A stretch of DNA of 44,635 bases, filler included, from Catajapyx aquilonaris (GCA_000934665.2; 2 parts of 2 records of this genome joined end to end with filler, not necessarily neighbours in it); one strand, 5' to 3'. Positions 24,040 to 36,822 are shown, numbered from the whole stretch's first letter. Translations and numbers: made by a program. Notes: a model not told the origin generated them from the sequence alone.

Positions 24040-27000
24040 ATGGCAGCCGCTATGATCATGAGGAGTTTTGCATCTGTCGCAGGATCATTTTCCTCCAAGT
24101 GCGTCGGAGTGCGAACAGGGAATGCAAGGTGGTAAGAGAGATGCGCTGGCCATGCGCTGTCTGTACTGTGGTCTAGTGGAGAAGATGTGGGTTTGAACCA
24201 TGTGCATGTTGGCACAATAAGAAATTACCATTTCAATGACATACAAGCACCTGCCTTTGTCGACCTTTCAAGTTTTCCAGTGGTATTCACGTCCAAATGT
24301 TAAGTCATACGACCTGCCAGGCATGGTCTGTTGCATTCCTCAATGATTTAGTTGGATGCGAGCGTGCTGTAGAGATTGGGTGCCTGTTGTTTGTATGCCG
24401 ACTATTGATGACTATCTTGTGCGGAACAGATCAAAGAACGCTAATGCCAGTCTGGATCTTATTCAGTAGAAGCAATAGTGCAATACCTGCCAATGTGATG
24501 TAGATGTATCAATACTGCCATGATAGACCTGCCTGAGTGTGCTAATGTCAGATCCCGGCTCCCACAACCTGGCAGAAGTGTTGTGGTTTTGGAATCTCTG
24601 AGAAGCTCTTAACTGCCACAGCAACTTGTTGTCAACAAGATTATTAAGTTTGTGTGAACTTAGGGTCCACTTAAAGGCTAATTGAAGCCTAGTGACACGT
24701 CGGTTCCCTCAGTAAGGAAATGCACAAAAATAGGAAGTATTTTCTGATAACATGGCTAATCTTAGTGAAACCCTTGAGTCTGATTTTGAGCCTCGACATA
24801 TACAACTAATGTTGTATAGATTCCATTACTTTCCACCAGATTGACCTCCACCCTAACCTCAGAATGTACCATTTGCAACACCTTTTAGGCCCATTACCCA
24901 GCAAGGTCCATCATATCTGCATTTTAGGTACCTACACACAGTTTGGCAATACTGACTACAATGTATCTCCATAGGTGGCCTTGGCTGCAGAAGACACCAG
25001 AAGGACCCCACTTGATGCTTACACGCCACCTACATCCATCCAACACGTGCTACCTTTTCCCTTCGCCATGCTTGTGGTGAGTATATTTTGCACGAGAGTT
25101 CGAAATTAGCCGTCGCCAGTCGCATTTCATGACTTAAAATTATCAATTGGTGATTGAAGTAAGATACCGTATATAATCACCACTAGTGACTACCTTTTTC
25201 CTCCCAAAATTACAGGGGGGGAGGAGGAGTTCTTATTTTGTTTTCAGATTTTTTATCAACCTACATGGGAGGCGGAGTGGTGCTGCGGTAACGTATGCGC
25301 CCACGGATGTTAAGGTCCCGGGTTCGATCCCAACCCGGGGACACCCCCTTCATCTCGTGCAGAGTTCAGGGTCACCTCTGGCTTTGTCTCGGGTGGTATT
25401 TCCAACATACTAAACCACCCGGGGGAGTTCACTAAAAATGGCCACCACGTCAGATGCACTGCACTTGCACATCCCCTCCTGTCATCCTGCCCGTGGGCCC
25501 GGGCGCCTCTCAATGGCTCCAACTTGTACATAAANNNNNNNNNNNNCAAAAAAAAAAAAAAAAAAAAAGAGAAAAATTTATCAACCTACATCAATTTCCT
25601 GTCACACATGTTGGAACTTGGGAAGAGCTAAAATAGTGTATCATTGATAGACAAAATGCACCAGTAACATGATTTGAACTTGGATTTCAGTGCGGAGCCA
25701 CTCAAAAAGAAGAAGAAGATGGATCCTGCAATTGTAAGGGCAAGAGAGGAGCGAAAGAAGAAGAAACTTGAGAGAGCCATTAAAAAACTGGAGAAAAATA
25801 CTAGGTTATTAAAACCATTGGAGGAACTCGAAGTTCCACTCGCTTTGGTTGATGAAGCAAAGTAAGTTGCATCATACTGGCTTTCAGTGGGGCAGTTTAC
25901 CTATAGGCATTGGGGATAATGATATACACATGGTCCATACTAAAACATTATGTGAAAGTTTAAGACCATAATCTACTTCATGGGTACTCCCTGATAGATG
26001 GTGAAAAATCTGATCTAGAGATTCTTCCATTTCCCCCTGCTGTCCAAAAACCTCTCTTCCCCTATCACCCTCCCCTATACCAGATCCCTTTGTTGCTTTG
26101 GCTTCCCCATATAAACCAAACCAAACCATGTGTGTGACCTCATTTGTCAGATGCCAGTTGGGCAAAACAGGTTGCTTTCAATGACTTAAGAAAGTCACTG
26201 CCATTTAGGGCCTGAATTAATGGTTTCTTTCAACCTAGTATTAGCAGATTATTCTTGATCGCCTGTAAAAGTTATTGCTGAAATTAAGTACGGTACTTAA
26301 TAATATACTGGCTGCCGAAAAATTGCTCACCATTGCATACAATTTCATTGTAACTTCCCAGTGTAAGATACAGGGTGTATATGAATAAATCTGCCAAAAT
26401 TATGTGGGTGGTAGGGGGTGCATATGGAAGAGGAATGGCATGGGTTTGAAAAGCTGTCGATGATGTCTAACCTGACAAGTATGGAAACCTCCATGCATGC
26501 ATCACTGGTTGCTGGAGTCAGGTGGTTGAGCAACAGTCGAGTAGTGCGAGCGCCTGATTCTGGCAACCAGCAATGAAGACAGGTATGGGGTTATCCACAC
26601 TTGTCAGGATGAACATCATCGACATCAAAGGTCAACATCTCCAAAACGGATCATCGCCGGCTTTTCAGACCCATGCCATGCTACCCACCCACTACCACCT
26701 GTATTATATTGGCAGATTCATTTGCATACATTCTGTACATAGAAGCGCCTGGAACTTACTACCTCCAGAAAACTGAGTACTTATGAGAACTTAGCATTAC
26801 TGAAACCCTCAAAATTGTAAGACAGCACAACTTTTTGGCATGCTGCAAGCTGTAACAATACCTGGGTACTGATTTTGGAAATTTATGTTTAAGGAGGAGG
26901 ACACGTGTAGCAGAGCCACTACATGAGAGGGAAGTGCATGCTAGAGCTCTTTTGCAGAAGGAGTGGTCACATTGGAAAAAGGAATCAAGCACTGCCGACA

Positions 27001-30000
27001 TGGAGTGTGTGGTTCGAATGCTTATGTCTCAGCGAAAGGCACTGGAAGAGCTACGGACTGAATCTGAAGATCTGTACTGGGAAGCAGTGCAAGTTAGTGA
27101 CAATATCAGTTACATTTAGATTATCCTAATTTTTTGCAAATATTTTTCTTGAAGGGAATGGCATGGTGCCAAGTCAAGCAGCTATGTTACACTCTATTAA
27201 AGCATTTGTATAACAGACCTTGGATTCAACATGCACATGAAACATTTAAGTCTTTAAGTCTGAACTGTAGACATGCTTGTTACTGTCTCTTCATTGCAGA
27301 CATTTTTTCTTCAAAAATGTTACTCTAGTCTACTGGAATTAGCTTAACTTCATATGGACCTGTGTGCCCAACAGGGTAGGAAAAAATGTCCTTCCATTTG
27401 AGACATGTAAAACCAGTTTACCAAGACTGAAAACTCAAGGCTCATTTGCAATTTTGCATCCTCTGGTTGACCGTTGCCCTCATGAGAACTTATCTTGGTT
27501 AGATCCATAATTTATTATTTAAGGATCCTACCACCTTTTGTGGTCATTTGAAGTATAACAATAGCAAATTGACAGTTAGGAGCACTCATGCATAGCTCAG
27601 TGTCTTTAGAAGTACTACCTGTCCCTTTGCTAATTAGCACCTTTTTAGTAACCTTTTTAAAATCATTTTTCCTTTTCACTAATGTGTGTGTGTTAAGATA
27701 TTGCATGTGAATTTAAAATACAATGCTGCCTCTTATGAAGGTTTTTATACTCTACATCAGTAGAACATGTGGTACACAGTGTATTAGTGTGAGTATACAG
27801 GATGTGTCATATTAGTGGACCATCCTGCCACCAGTGTAATTGTTGATCCAATACAAGTCTGAAATGTAGGGGTGCAAAATGCCAAGGTCCCAAGTAGTGA
27901 CAAGGTAGACGACCAGATGCACAATGACACATGACAGTGCAGCAACTTACACCATATGTGTCACGCATATCTCGAAATAGGCTGTGTAACACATATTTTT
28001 ATGCTCACCAGTGAATTCTACACATGTGAATTACCCACTGAGCGATTTTTGTCTAAATCCGTTATTCTCACGTCGCGGCCTTCCCTCGTCACTGTTGGAT
28101 CTTTCCCATGCCTACCACCTGAGTAGCTAACTGATAATCCTTCCCACTGTTACCATATTACCTCTCATAAAGCGGCATGCTGGTATAAAATGAGGTCTAC
28201 CAGCATGCCGGTATAACTCGGGGGTGGCCGGCATGCTGCAATAACCAAGGTAGATTTCCGTAATTTTGATCCTTGCCAAAAAAATTTGAATGGTTCTGGT
28301 ACTGTACTAAAATAATGTTACAATGAAAATGGCCGAGTGTACAGACTGTGAGAATATGCAAGTTCTGTTGCACAGTGCATGTAAAAAATGTAGAGTGTGT
28401 GACCAATCCCATCGTCAGCCTGCTTTGACAGGGGAACCTCCTGCTCCAACTTACTGTTTAAATAAAGGTTATTGCCAAACACTGAAATTGAAAACAATAT
28501 ATGGTACCCTATTTGGAAAATGTGCCTTTTCGATAGCCTGTACGTGAATTTTGCTTTTCAGGCAAATGTCAAGTTCGGAAAGGATAATGTAACTTATGTG
28601 AAAACCTTGCCTTATACCGGCACCCCGGTATAGCCACCAGATCATGGATTTCTAAAAACAGGCCTACCTCGACTACACCAGCATGCCGCTTTATGAGAGG
28701 GGCAATTCCATGACAAAACGCCCCGCGGATAACACCCTCTATTTTTCAATAGAAATCATATTTGGGTTTTCAATGCATACTTGGTAGATAAACCTTCCCG
28801 TGAAATTACAGAGGTCTAAGGTCAATAGATGAGAAGTTACGGTTACTTGAAATTTTGTCAAAAACGATAAAAACGTGTGCACGCCCTTTTTGTTTTTGTA
28901 ATTGCTCAGCCGTCGTTCATCATATCTCTGTGAGGTTAACGCCAAATTGTTCACAATAGAGCACTCTTATGAAGGTGCTATTTGAATATGAAATTGTCGT
29001 TTAAAAATGCACTTATGCGTGAGGTCAAAGTGCATGACCTTCGACCTCTCAGAAAATGTATTTTTGATATTTTTTATTTTTGGTACAAATATTCCTATGG
29101 CTGTGTTCTAAAAGATAGGAAATTTTAAAGGGAGCGAATTTCTCCGTTAGCGAGAAAAAAATTGTTGAAGGTAGGCCTACGCGGCGAGCGCGGCCTCTTT
29201 CCCGCTTCTATACGTAATTCCGGCCATCCGCTCATGGCTCGCGAACTCTCGCAACGGCATATCTCCTGCATATGGTGGCTGGGACCTCCAGTGTGCTTGA
29301 AAATTACCTCGCCGGTCAATATCATGCCGGAAATTCATTGGTGGATATCATATAAGTATTATTTCATTGCAGCATTTGGTAACATTTCGTGTTTGTGTAT
29401 CTGTCAAAATGTAAGGTTCTAAAGATTATGCGTGCTTATTAATACTCAACGGTGGCTCTCAAAATAATGTCGACTTATTGTTTGTCACGAAATCATATAC
29501 TTCTGTACAAATGACTTGGCTTGCCCCCGGCCCCGGGCAGACACTGAGGGAATGGAAGTTGTTTACTGTCACCAGCCTATCTAAGGTTTTTAGCACCTCC
29601 GAGCTCGAGGATCGGGCATCAAAGGCTGCACGGGCAGCACCCAATCCATTCTGTAAAGTGAATGCAATATTTTTAAACAGCATCACTAATCGTGTATTAA
29701 TATTGTCTCGTCCGCTGCTATGATGGGAACATTCAGTGACAAGAAACAGTGAAAACAATGAAATTTCGTGACAAACGATAAGTCGACATTATTTTGAGAG
29801 CCACCGTTGAGTATTAATAAGCACGCATAATAATCTTTAGAACCTTACATTTTGACAGATACACAAACACGAAATCTCACCAAATGCTGCAATGAAATAA
29901 TACTTATATGATATCCACCAATGAATTCCCGGCATGATATTGACCGGCGAGGTAATTTTCAAGCACACTGGAGGTCCCAGCCACCATATGCAGGAGATAT

Positions 30001-31898
30001 TCCGTTGCGAGAGTTCGCGAGCCATGAGCGGATGGCCGGAATTACGTATAGAAGCGGGAAAGAGGCTGCGCTCGCCGCGTAGGCCTACCTTCAACAATTT
30101 TTTTCTCGCTAACGGAGATATTCGCTCCCTTTAAAATTTCCTATCTTTTAGAACACAGCCATAGGAATATTTGTACGAAAAATAAAAAATATCAAAAATA
30201 CATTTTCTGAGAGGTCGAAGGTCATGCACTTTGACCTCACGCATAAGTGCATTTTTAAACGACAATTTCATATTCAAATAGCACCTTCATAAGAGTGCTC
30301 TATTGTGAACAATTTGGCGTTAACCTCACAGAGATATGATGAACGACGGCTGAGCTATTACAAAAACAAAAAGGGCGTGCACACGTTTTTTATCGTTTTG
30401 ACAAAATTTCAAGTAACCGTAACTTCTCATCTATTGACCTTAGACCTCTGTAATTTCACGGGAAGGTTTATCTACCTAGTATGCATCGAAAACCCAAATA
30501 TGATTTCTATTGAAAAATAGAGGGTGTGAAATTCAATTATTTTGAGGCGTTTTGTCATGGAATTGCCCAGAGGTCATATGGTATGGATCTGAGCTGATTT
30601 TTGAGGCTGGGCCCCTTGTGTACATACAAAATGTTAGGGGGATTATTTTTAGTACATGCTCTTCTATGGTATGGCTGTGAAATATTATATCCTAGAAATG
30701 GTGCATTGGAATGGGATTATCAATCTGTGTACGCTGTGGAGAATGTTCATGAAAATTGTCCTAAGAAGCTACAGCTTATTAGTTAATTATTTAGAATTAA
30801 CAGAATACATATTCACACCAAGACTGTCCTTCAAGTTCCCAAGGAAAATTGTCCTAGGAAAAGCACAATTGACTAATTTACCTGTGTCCACCAATCACAG
30901 CCCTTGTTGCATCTCCTCCAACCCAATTCTCTCCTCCTCCTCTGCAATAACAACAACAACAACAACAACAATAATAATAAATATTATATATTATATACAG
31001 GGAGTTAATGAATTCAACCGACAAACTTCTAGGGGTAATAGAGGGGACCAAGACAAACATATTTCATATAGGAACCTCTGTCTGGAAACACCATCTAGAC
31101 AGGGTCAATAGACTTAAACATAATTTAATCAGTCCACTCGCCTCCCGCCTCCTGCCTGACACATTGGAGCACACCCGCTGCTCGTCTATGAACCCTCTCT
31201 ATATGGCGTTTCCGGACATGGGCTCCTATATGAAATATGTTTGTCTTTGTCTCCTCTATTACCCCTAGAAGTTTGTTGGTTGAATTCATTTACTCCCTGT
31301 ATACTCGTACTACAAGCCATTTGTGATTGATTACAGTTGTAACTTCTGCCCACAAGTCTACTGCAATTTAGAGCTACATGCCCATTATGCTTTTTGGCCA
31401 TGTCCTGTGCTGTCAGGGTCAGTCAGAGCATAACAATACCTATTGCTACCATCATGCCTCAAGTCCTACCATATTTCCCCTCCTGAAATATTTGAGAACA
31501 TGCCTCCAAAGGCATCCTTTTCAGTTCTGTTTGCACTTAGGACATTTCATGAATGTTTGATAAATATTATCATCTGACGTAAGGTAGAAAGATCCTAGAA
31601 GATATTTTGCCTAAATTGAACAGGTCAGATTTATGTGTGACTCCACTGTGCCACTAATAGTTTGTCAGAGCAGCGTGTAATATTATAAATATTAGAAAAG
31701 CTTTATTTATCTTTTTTTTCTCTCCTTCTCTCTCCTTTTTGCATGACTATTGAATAATCTATCTCCTAATTCTTCTTACCTTAGATGGATCCAGCAAATA
31801 TTCCGAGCCACATGGAAGGACCTGTTGCCTCACCACCTATTGAGAAATATCAAGTGCCTGATGGAGACTATTTGGATGTCTCCAAAAAATGGGAGTGA
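24040..31898 (+). CDS. mRpL40: Mitochondrial ribosomal protein L40 (mL40), 5 coding exons: 24040-24131, 24975-25076, 25691-25861, 26894-27092, 31785-31898 (225 aa)
   Basis: All introns are GT-AG with matching phases (2,2,2,0) and total 678 nt. The product has a targeting-peptide-like N-terminus (MAAAMIMRSFASVAGSFSSK...) and mL40 motifs AEPLKKKKKMDPAIVRAREERKKKKLERAIKKLEK, LKPLEE, QRKALEELRTESEDLYWEAVQ and GPVASPPIEKYQVPDGDYLDVSKKW. Exons 1-2 are less certain than exons 3-5. Confidence 0.93.
25267..25576 (+). mobile_element. tRNA-derived SINE, copy 2, with poly(A) tail, in mRpL40 intron 2
   Basis: Same head and core as the copy at 17103-17507. The 15-bp TSD TTTATCAACCTACAT lies at 25252-25266 and 25577-25591. 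An A-rich tail follows a short N gap. Confidence 0.85.
26371..26735. mobile_element. Degenerate Tc1/mariner-type MITE in mRpL40 intron 3
   Basis: TA|CAGGGTGTATATGAATAAATCTGCCAA ... TTGGCAGATTCATTTGCATACATTCTG|TA, plus inner arms ATGGCATGGGTTTGAAAAGC / GCTTTTCAGACCCATGCCAT. Confidence 0.7.
28153..30581. mobile_element. pogo/Tc1-mariner-type MITE whose right TIR is interrupted by the foldback element
   Basis: Left end TA|CCATATTACCTCTCATAAAGCGGCATGCTGGT. The right end reconstitutes as ACCAGCATGCCGCTTTATGAGAG+GTCATATGG|TA after removing the insert and one AGAG. Confidence 0.8.
28700..30568. mobile_element. Non-autonomous foldback DNA transposon with ~790-bp TIRs (Sola2-like)
   Basis: 28700-29493 is nearly identical to the reverse complement of 29763-30568. 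Termini are GGGCAATTCCATGAC/GTCATGGAATTGCCC with a 4-bp TSD AGAG. GRG termini, 4-bp TSD and long TIRs are recalled Sola2 traits. Confidence 0.85.
30998..31299. mobile_element. Tc1/mariner-type MITE in mRpL40 intron 4
   Basis: TA|CAGGGAGTTAATGAATTCAACC...GGTTGAATTCATTTACTCCCTG|TA with ~110-bp arms. Confidence 0.85.
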
Positions 31899-32744
31899 AT
31901 GTTTTTCTTTGCAGCATTTTAGTGAAAGACTGCAATAGCCTGTCAGAACTTTCCAGAGACAAAAGGTGGAATTTTTGTCCAAAATTCCATCCAAGGAATG
32001 CATGTATTCATGTGCATTAAGTAAACTTTGAAGCAAATTTCTTTGTTTCATGCTGCCTTTCAGGGACTTAATAAAGTGAAGGTTGACAATGATAACATTA
32101 GGTGCTTGTAGAACTTTTATTGGAAGGAACATGACATAACTTACAAAAGTACCTAGAAAAATATACAACCATTTACACATGCACACATTCATTATGATTA
32201 GTCATGACTAACAGATGAACTGCACTGTTTCCATATCCACATCTCTACACATACACAAATGGTCACATGAGATGCATTGCACATTGTTCATCCTGCCTGT
32301 GACCAAGATTGCATTATCTGCATGTGCCAAGCGTGTGCACATGCTTGATATATGAGGAGTGACTTAATAAGTACCTGGCAATACAAGAGTTGCTAACTCT
32401 GCCATGGGATTTGGATGACTGATATATTTTCCACACTCTTACTGTACAACTATCCCGGTATGCAACACTGAGGCACTAATGTTGGAAGCCTAAAACTGAT
32501 GCAAATTGATGTAGAAGTATGCTAGCACACCTCCACTGCAAGCAAGCATGTGAATCCATTTTTCCATTAACTTAATTGGCACTTGCATGCTGCAGTGAAC
32601 TGTCCCAGTCACATGTACCACATTCAATTGGCAAACAAGCATTGCAAATATGTGTGATAAGTAGAAAAGGGATGATTTATGTGCAGATGGTGGTTTGGAA
32701 TGAGCCTGGAGAGAGGGGGAGAGGGAGAGAGAGAGAGAAGAGAG

Positions 32745-35700
32745 TCAGTGGAACTTGAGAAGGCGCTTGCAGAGTGGGCACTGGTCTGATGCTTGTAGGC
32801 AGAGGCGCAAGCAATCGGCATGGAAGAGATGGTGACAGGGCGTGATGCGGGCTAGGGTCATGGGGCAGAGGCAGACTGGGCAAACGTCGTCATGCTCCTC
32901 CAACTCCTGCTGAGTGGCATTTCGATAGGGGGAGAGCAAGGCTCGTTGTTGGCGCAGCTGCCGGAGAGTGGTGCTAGCCATTTCCTTGTGAGGCAGGTAC
33001 ACATTGGCATATAAGACCAGGAGTAAGAGGCGAGGGTGGCCCAGAGGCAGCAGAGGAAGTGCGAGTAGAAGGGATAGGGTGCTGGTAGACACTCGGAGAA
33101 GCACAGGAGCCCAGAACTCCTCCAATGACTCAAGGCGCTCCAGGTGCAGTAGTGCCAGTAGTGCAGGAAAGCCCTCTGAGAAGGTTCGCTCAGTGGCCAC
33201 ATAATAAGGCCAGGTGAGTCCTAGGTAGGCCCAAGAAGGATGGTACTGGTGCAGTCCTTGCTCTAGTCCAAACACCAGCAGCATGAAGACCAGAGTCGTC
33301 ACAAAGGTCACTGCCTTGGTCCATTCCAGCACAATTTTAGTGGTTGACATGGCCAAGTGCTTGATGTCAGAGTTGCGGGTCATGGTGACGTAGGGAGACC
33401 AGTCCTCCTTTTGCACCAATTCTTTCACGTAGGCCACCAGGTAAGCCATCACATTGTAGAACATGAGAGAGTAGAGGCCTGTCATACGCTGGCCAGGCAC
33501 CAGGACTCTTTCGCACAGGATGAAGAATACCAGCTGAAAGAGAAGTCAATGTTAGCAACTGACACTACAAGTGGTGGTGTGAGAAGGGGTGAATGACTGT
33601 AATTGTGGTATGCAGAATCTTTGGCATTTCAGTATTTTTGGAGTGTGAAATCAGTGTCAAAGGTCTCTAAGTCATCCAAATATAAATATTGTTGAACAAA
33701 CGCCAATAACAATGGCCAGAAGCCTTTGCACCCATACAAACAGAATAAGTAGGCTGTAACCAACAACACAGTTTTGGAGGAGCTCAGTGTGGAAGGCATG
33801 GATAAATGTGAAGAATGCAGACTAGGGTCACTGTCCACGAGTTCATAGCACCCAGGAACAAAACAGAAATATTGGCAGTAGATAAATATCTGTGTTTGTT
33901 GGCTCATGATCAGTCGCTATGCCATATACCCTGCTGCAGAGCAAAAATACAATATATTGTTCTGTAAGCAGAATAGAGCTGACTTAACACAGCTTGTGCT
34001 CATAATCTCCCAGTTCATATTTATGCTGTCAAGTGGTTCTATATATAGTACACTCTTCGTTCAGTATTAGAAATATACCGTAAGTGCAATGCATATTTAA
34101 ATATTTAGTGCTGCTTTTAGGACTTAATGGACTATTTAAAATGACCTCATATGGGCTTTTCGATTCTGGGTGAGGCAAAATTTCAGCAAAATTTGAAATT
34201 AACTGCACAGTGCATACCTATCGGCTCTTGAATAACAAATAATTACACTACTACAAAGATCAGTGGCTTTATTGCCCCGACTATATAAAGATCATGAGCA
34301 CTTGCATTGCTATTTTTCGCTTCTTGAAATTTTCATATTAACTTTTCTAAGTATTACTACTCTTCGTTGTGCAATTTCCGCGGTTATACAACCATTTCTT
34401 TCTAGTTCACCACGACAAAGTAATATGGAGGCTGTGATCTGATCACAAGTATAACTTTGGATCATTTAGTTACGTGACCTTTTTTTTGCAATTTCATTGT
34501 TTTTCCGCAAGAAAGCCTTCTGCCGTTTAAAAGTCTGTATCGTCTATTTAGCAGTAACTTAGTTGACAGCAATGTGAAAAGCACAGTGAACCCCACACAA
34601 TTTATATGCAACATATTTCACAATGAAAATTTTTATAGTACGCAATGTCGTCCCTACATCCGAAGCTGTAACAATGGATAAACAACTTTGTTGTAAACAT
34701 GTTATTTGGTTTCAACCACCGCGCCTGTTGCCAAAGAGCTCATCGTTTCTGTTTTGCTCTGTTCCTAACGTTCTGTTGATATGTACCACGCGACATTACT
34801 TGACGTCTCCAGTGACGCCTTGTGGCCATCAACGGCGCTAATGTCTCTGAAGATGACGCACGTCAGTGGGCGACTTTTCCCCCTACCAACCCATGCTGAA
34901 AAACACCGGAAAAATACTGTCGAAACATCTTTTTTCGGAAATGCTGACGTCTCCGCCCCAAATGTAAAAAAAAAAAGCTATTGCACAAAGCACATGACTC
35001 AAGACGTGGGGGTCGAAGAATACCGTATTTATAAATGTATAGAGTCACTATAGGGGGCATGCAGGACTTGGAAGAGTTGGAACCTCGGTAAATGCATCTC
35101 ACGTCAAGTACTGTGACTCTGGGGTGAAAGGATGGAAGGGGGGATGAGGGCATTAACAGTCGCAGTTGAGGAATTGCCAAGTGCGCTGCGAAGCAGGCAA
35201 GGGTTGATTGGCCCCCGCATTAGTTGCTATTCTGGGAAGGGAACCAACTCATCTTGGATGGAGCGTGTGGAAGAGGGTTCATTCACGTGCATGCCAAATA
35301 GCATATGCAAAGAGACGTAGCTACCTGGTTGATCATGTTGGCAATGTTTTGCATCTTTAAGAAGCAGGTTTCCCAGCGGTCCAGTCGGTCCATGGCGCAA
35401 CGGATGACCTTTTGTCCCACTTGACTCCATTCTCGGGCCATTTCTGAAAGTTATGGAGACAAGTGCGTCAGTTTCCAGTGGCGGAGAAGATTATAAAAGA
35501 CGTGTTCTGATTGTTTGTCAGGCGTCCTGTCAAAATAGGCTGTCGTTGTTCTAATCATTGTCGTCACAGAATGATCACTGAAGCATGCTGGACAGAGTTT
35601 TATAAGGCCTGGAGGGCCACATAATAAATCAGTCCATTCCAGGAGTCCAGAAAAATTTCAACTGAGTTTCCAGCTTAGGTTCGTATATCGAGTTGTCAAT

Positions 35701-36259
35701 TTTTGTGGAAATCAGTATGGAGGATTCGGACGCTTTAGTATAAGTACTTTTTCTAATCAAAACACTGTAGCATCCTTGCCGAATATATGACAAAGTGTAC
35801 AAATCCCCTTTTGGACAGTGTGTAATTTTCACTTTGGTATCACCAGAAAGATCAGATCATATCCCCATGACGTGCGCGCCACAAATAAGCTAGCCCGACT
35901 AACCTTTAGCCTGATTGAGGTGATGGCGCACAAAGTTCCGGGTGGTGTATTGCAGTACCGAGTAGATGTGCACGACGAAATGATCTGGGGGAAAAAGACT
36001 AGGCAGCACCAGAAGGGCATAGGCAACTCCCAGAAAAGCCAGAAGTAGCAGTTGCGAGCTATGCAGACGAGCCAGGCATGGCAACAGAAGCACCACCGAC
36101 ACCAGACACACTGCCAACAAAATAATCGGTTATTCACCACCAATATCCAAACCGCCATTGGCACTTACCTGTATGGGCAGTACGTTCATCTTGCAGTTCA
36201 CCACGAGCCTCCATCTTCTTAGCCAGGCTGTTCAAACGTGCTCTCACCCTCGTAATCAT
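32745..36259 (-). CDS. Multi-pass membrane RING-H2 E3 ubiquitin ligase, TRC8/RNF139/RNF145-like; exons 36259-36169, 36110-35904, 35443-35325, 33533-32745 (401 aa)
   Basis: GT-AG introns with phases 1,1,0 give an open 1206-nt frame starting MITRVRARLNSLAKKMEARG. It has several hydrophobic segments and a C-terminal ATQQELEEHDDVCPVCLCPMTLARITPCHHLFHADCLRLCLQASDQCPLC (C3H2C3 RING resembling that of TRC8/RNF145). Confidence 0.88.
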
Positions 36260-36822
36260 GCTTATATCGTTCCAAGTCCTACAATGTTGAGAAGGTCTAG
36301 TATAGTAATGTTGTTGCTGTTAGGAAGACGGTCACAGAAATGCTGGAGTAAGAACCCAGCGCCGAGTTATTATGGGTGTTCAGATAGGCGTCGTTGGCAG
36401 CAGCCAAGCAGGGGCGGGCGCAGTTGCCACACGACAACGGATGTCGCGTCGTTGCAGACGGGGTGATCACGAGGGCGGCGTGGCCATACACACACGTCGG
36501 CACCTAGGCATGCGGTGCTCATTCACACGTGCGCTTGGCATTTCCTCGGGCGGGCTAGTCGAGGATATTGGCCCATAGTAACGGCCACGCCTTCCTTCGT
36601 CGTGACTTCTTGTTGCTGTCAAACGCAAAATTAGTCTAGGGGAGTGGTGCGGGATTATTGCGACGTCTGGTGCCGACGCAACGGCCCAAATAAAACCGCA
36701 GTGCCATTAGACTCTAGTGTGGCTGAATCGCTCGGGTCATCAGCCGTGGGGTCATTCAGACTGTTACGAGTAAAGATGGAGCTATAATATTTATTTTTTT
36801 GTAATTTTATTCGACAGTTAAT

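Noticed and set aside
28739..30520. Mirror-image ORF pairs (MNNLALTSQR..., MILTGEVIFK..., MLKVGLRGER...)
   Set aside because: A by-product of the inverted arms of the foldback transposon; no domain motifs.
33629..33907. 92-aa minus-strand ORF with a hydrophobic stretch in RING gene intron 3
   Set aside because: No recognisable motif, and the flanking exons already join in frame without it.
35829..36164. Cys/Trp-rich 111-aa ORF
   Set aside because: Alternative frame of RING gene exon 2; the splice phases support the other frame.
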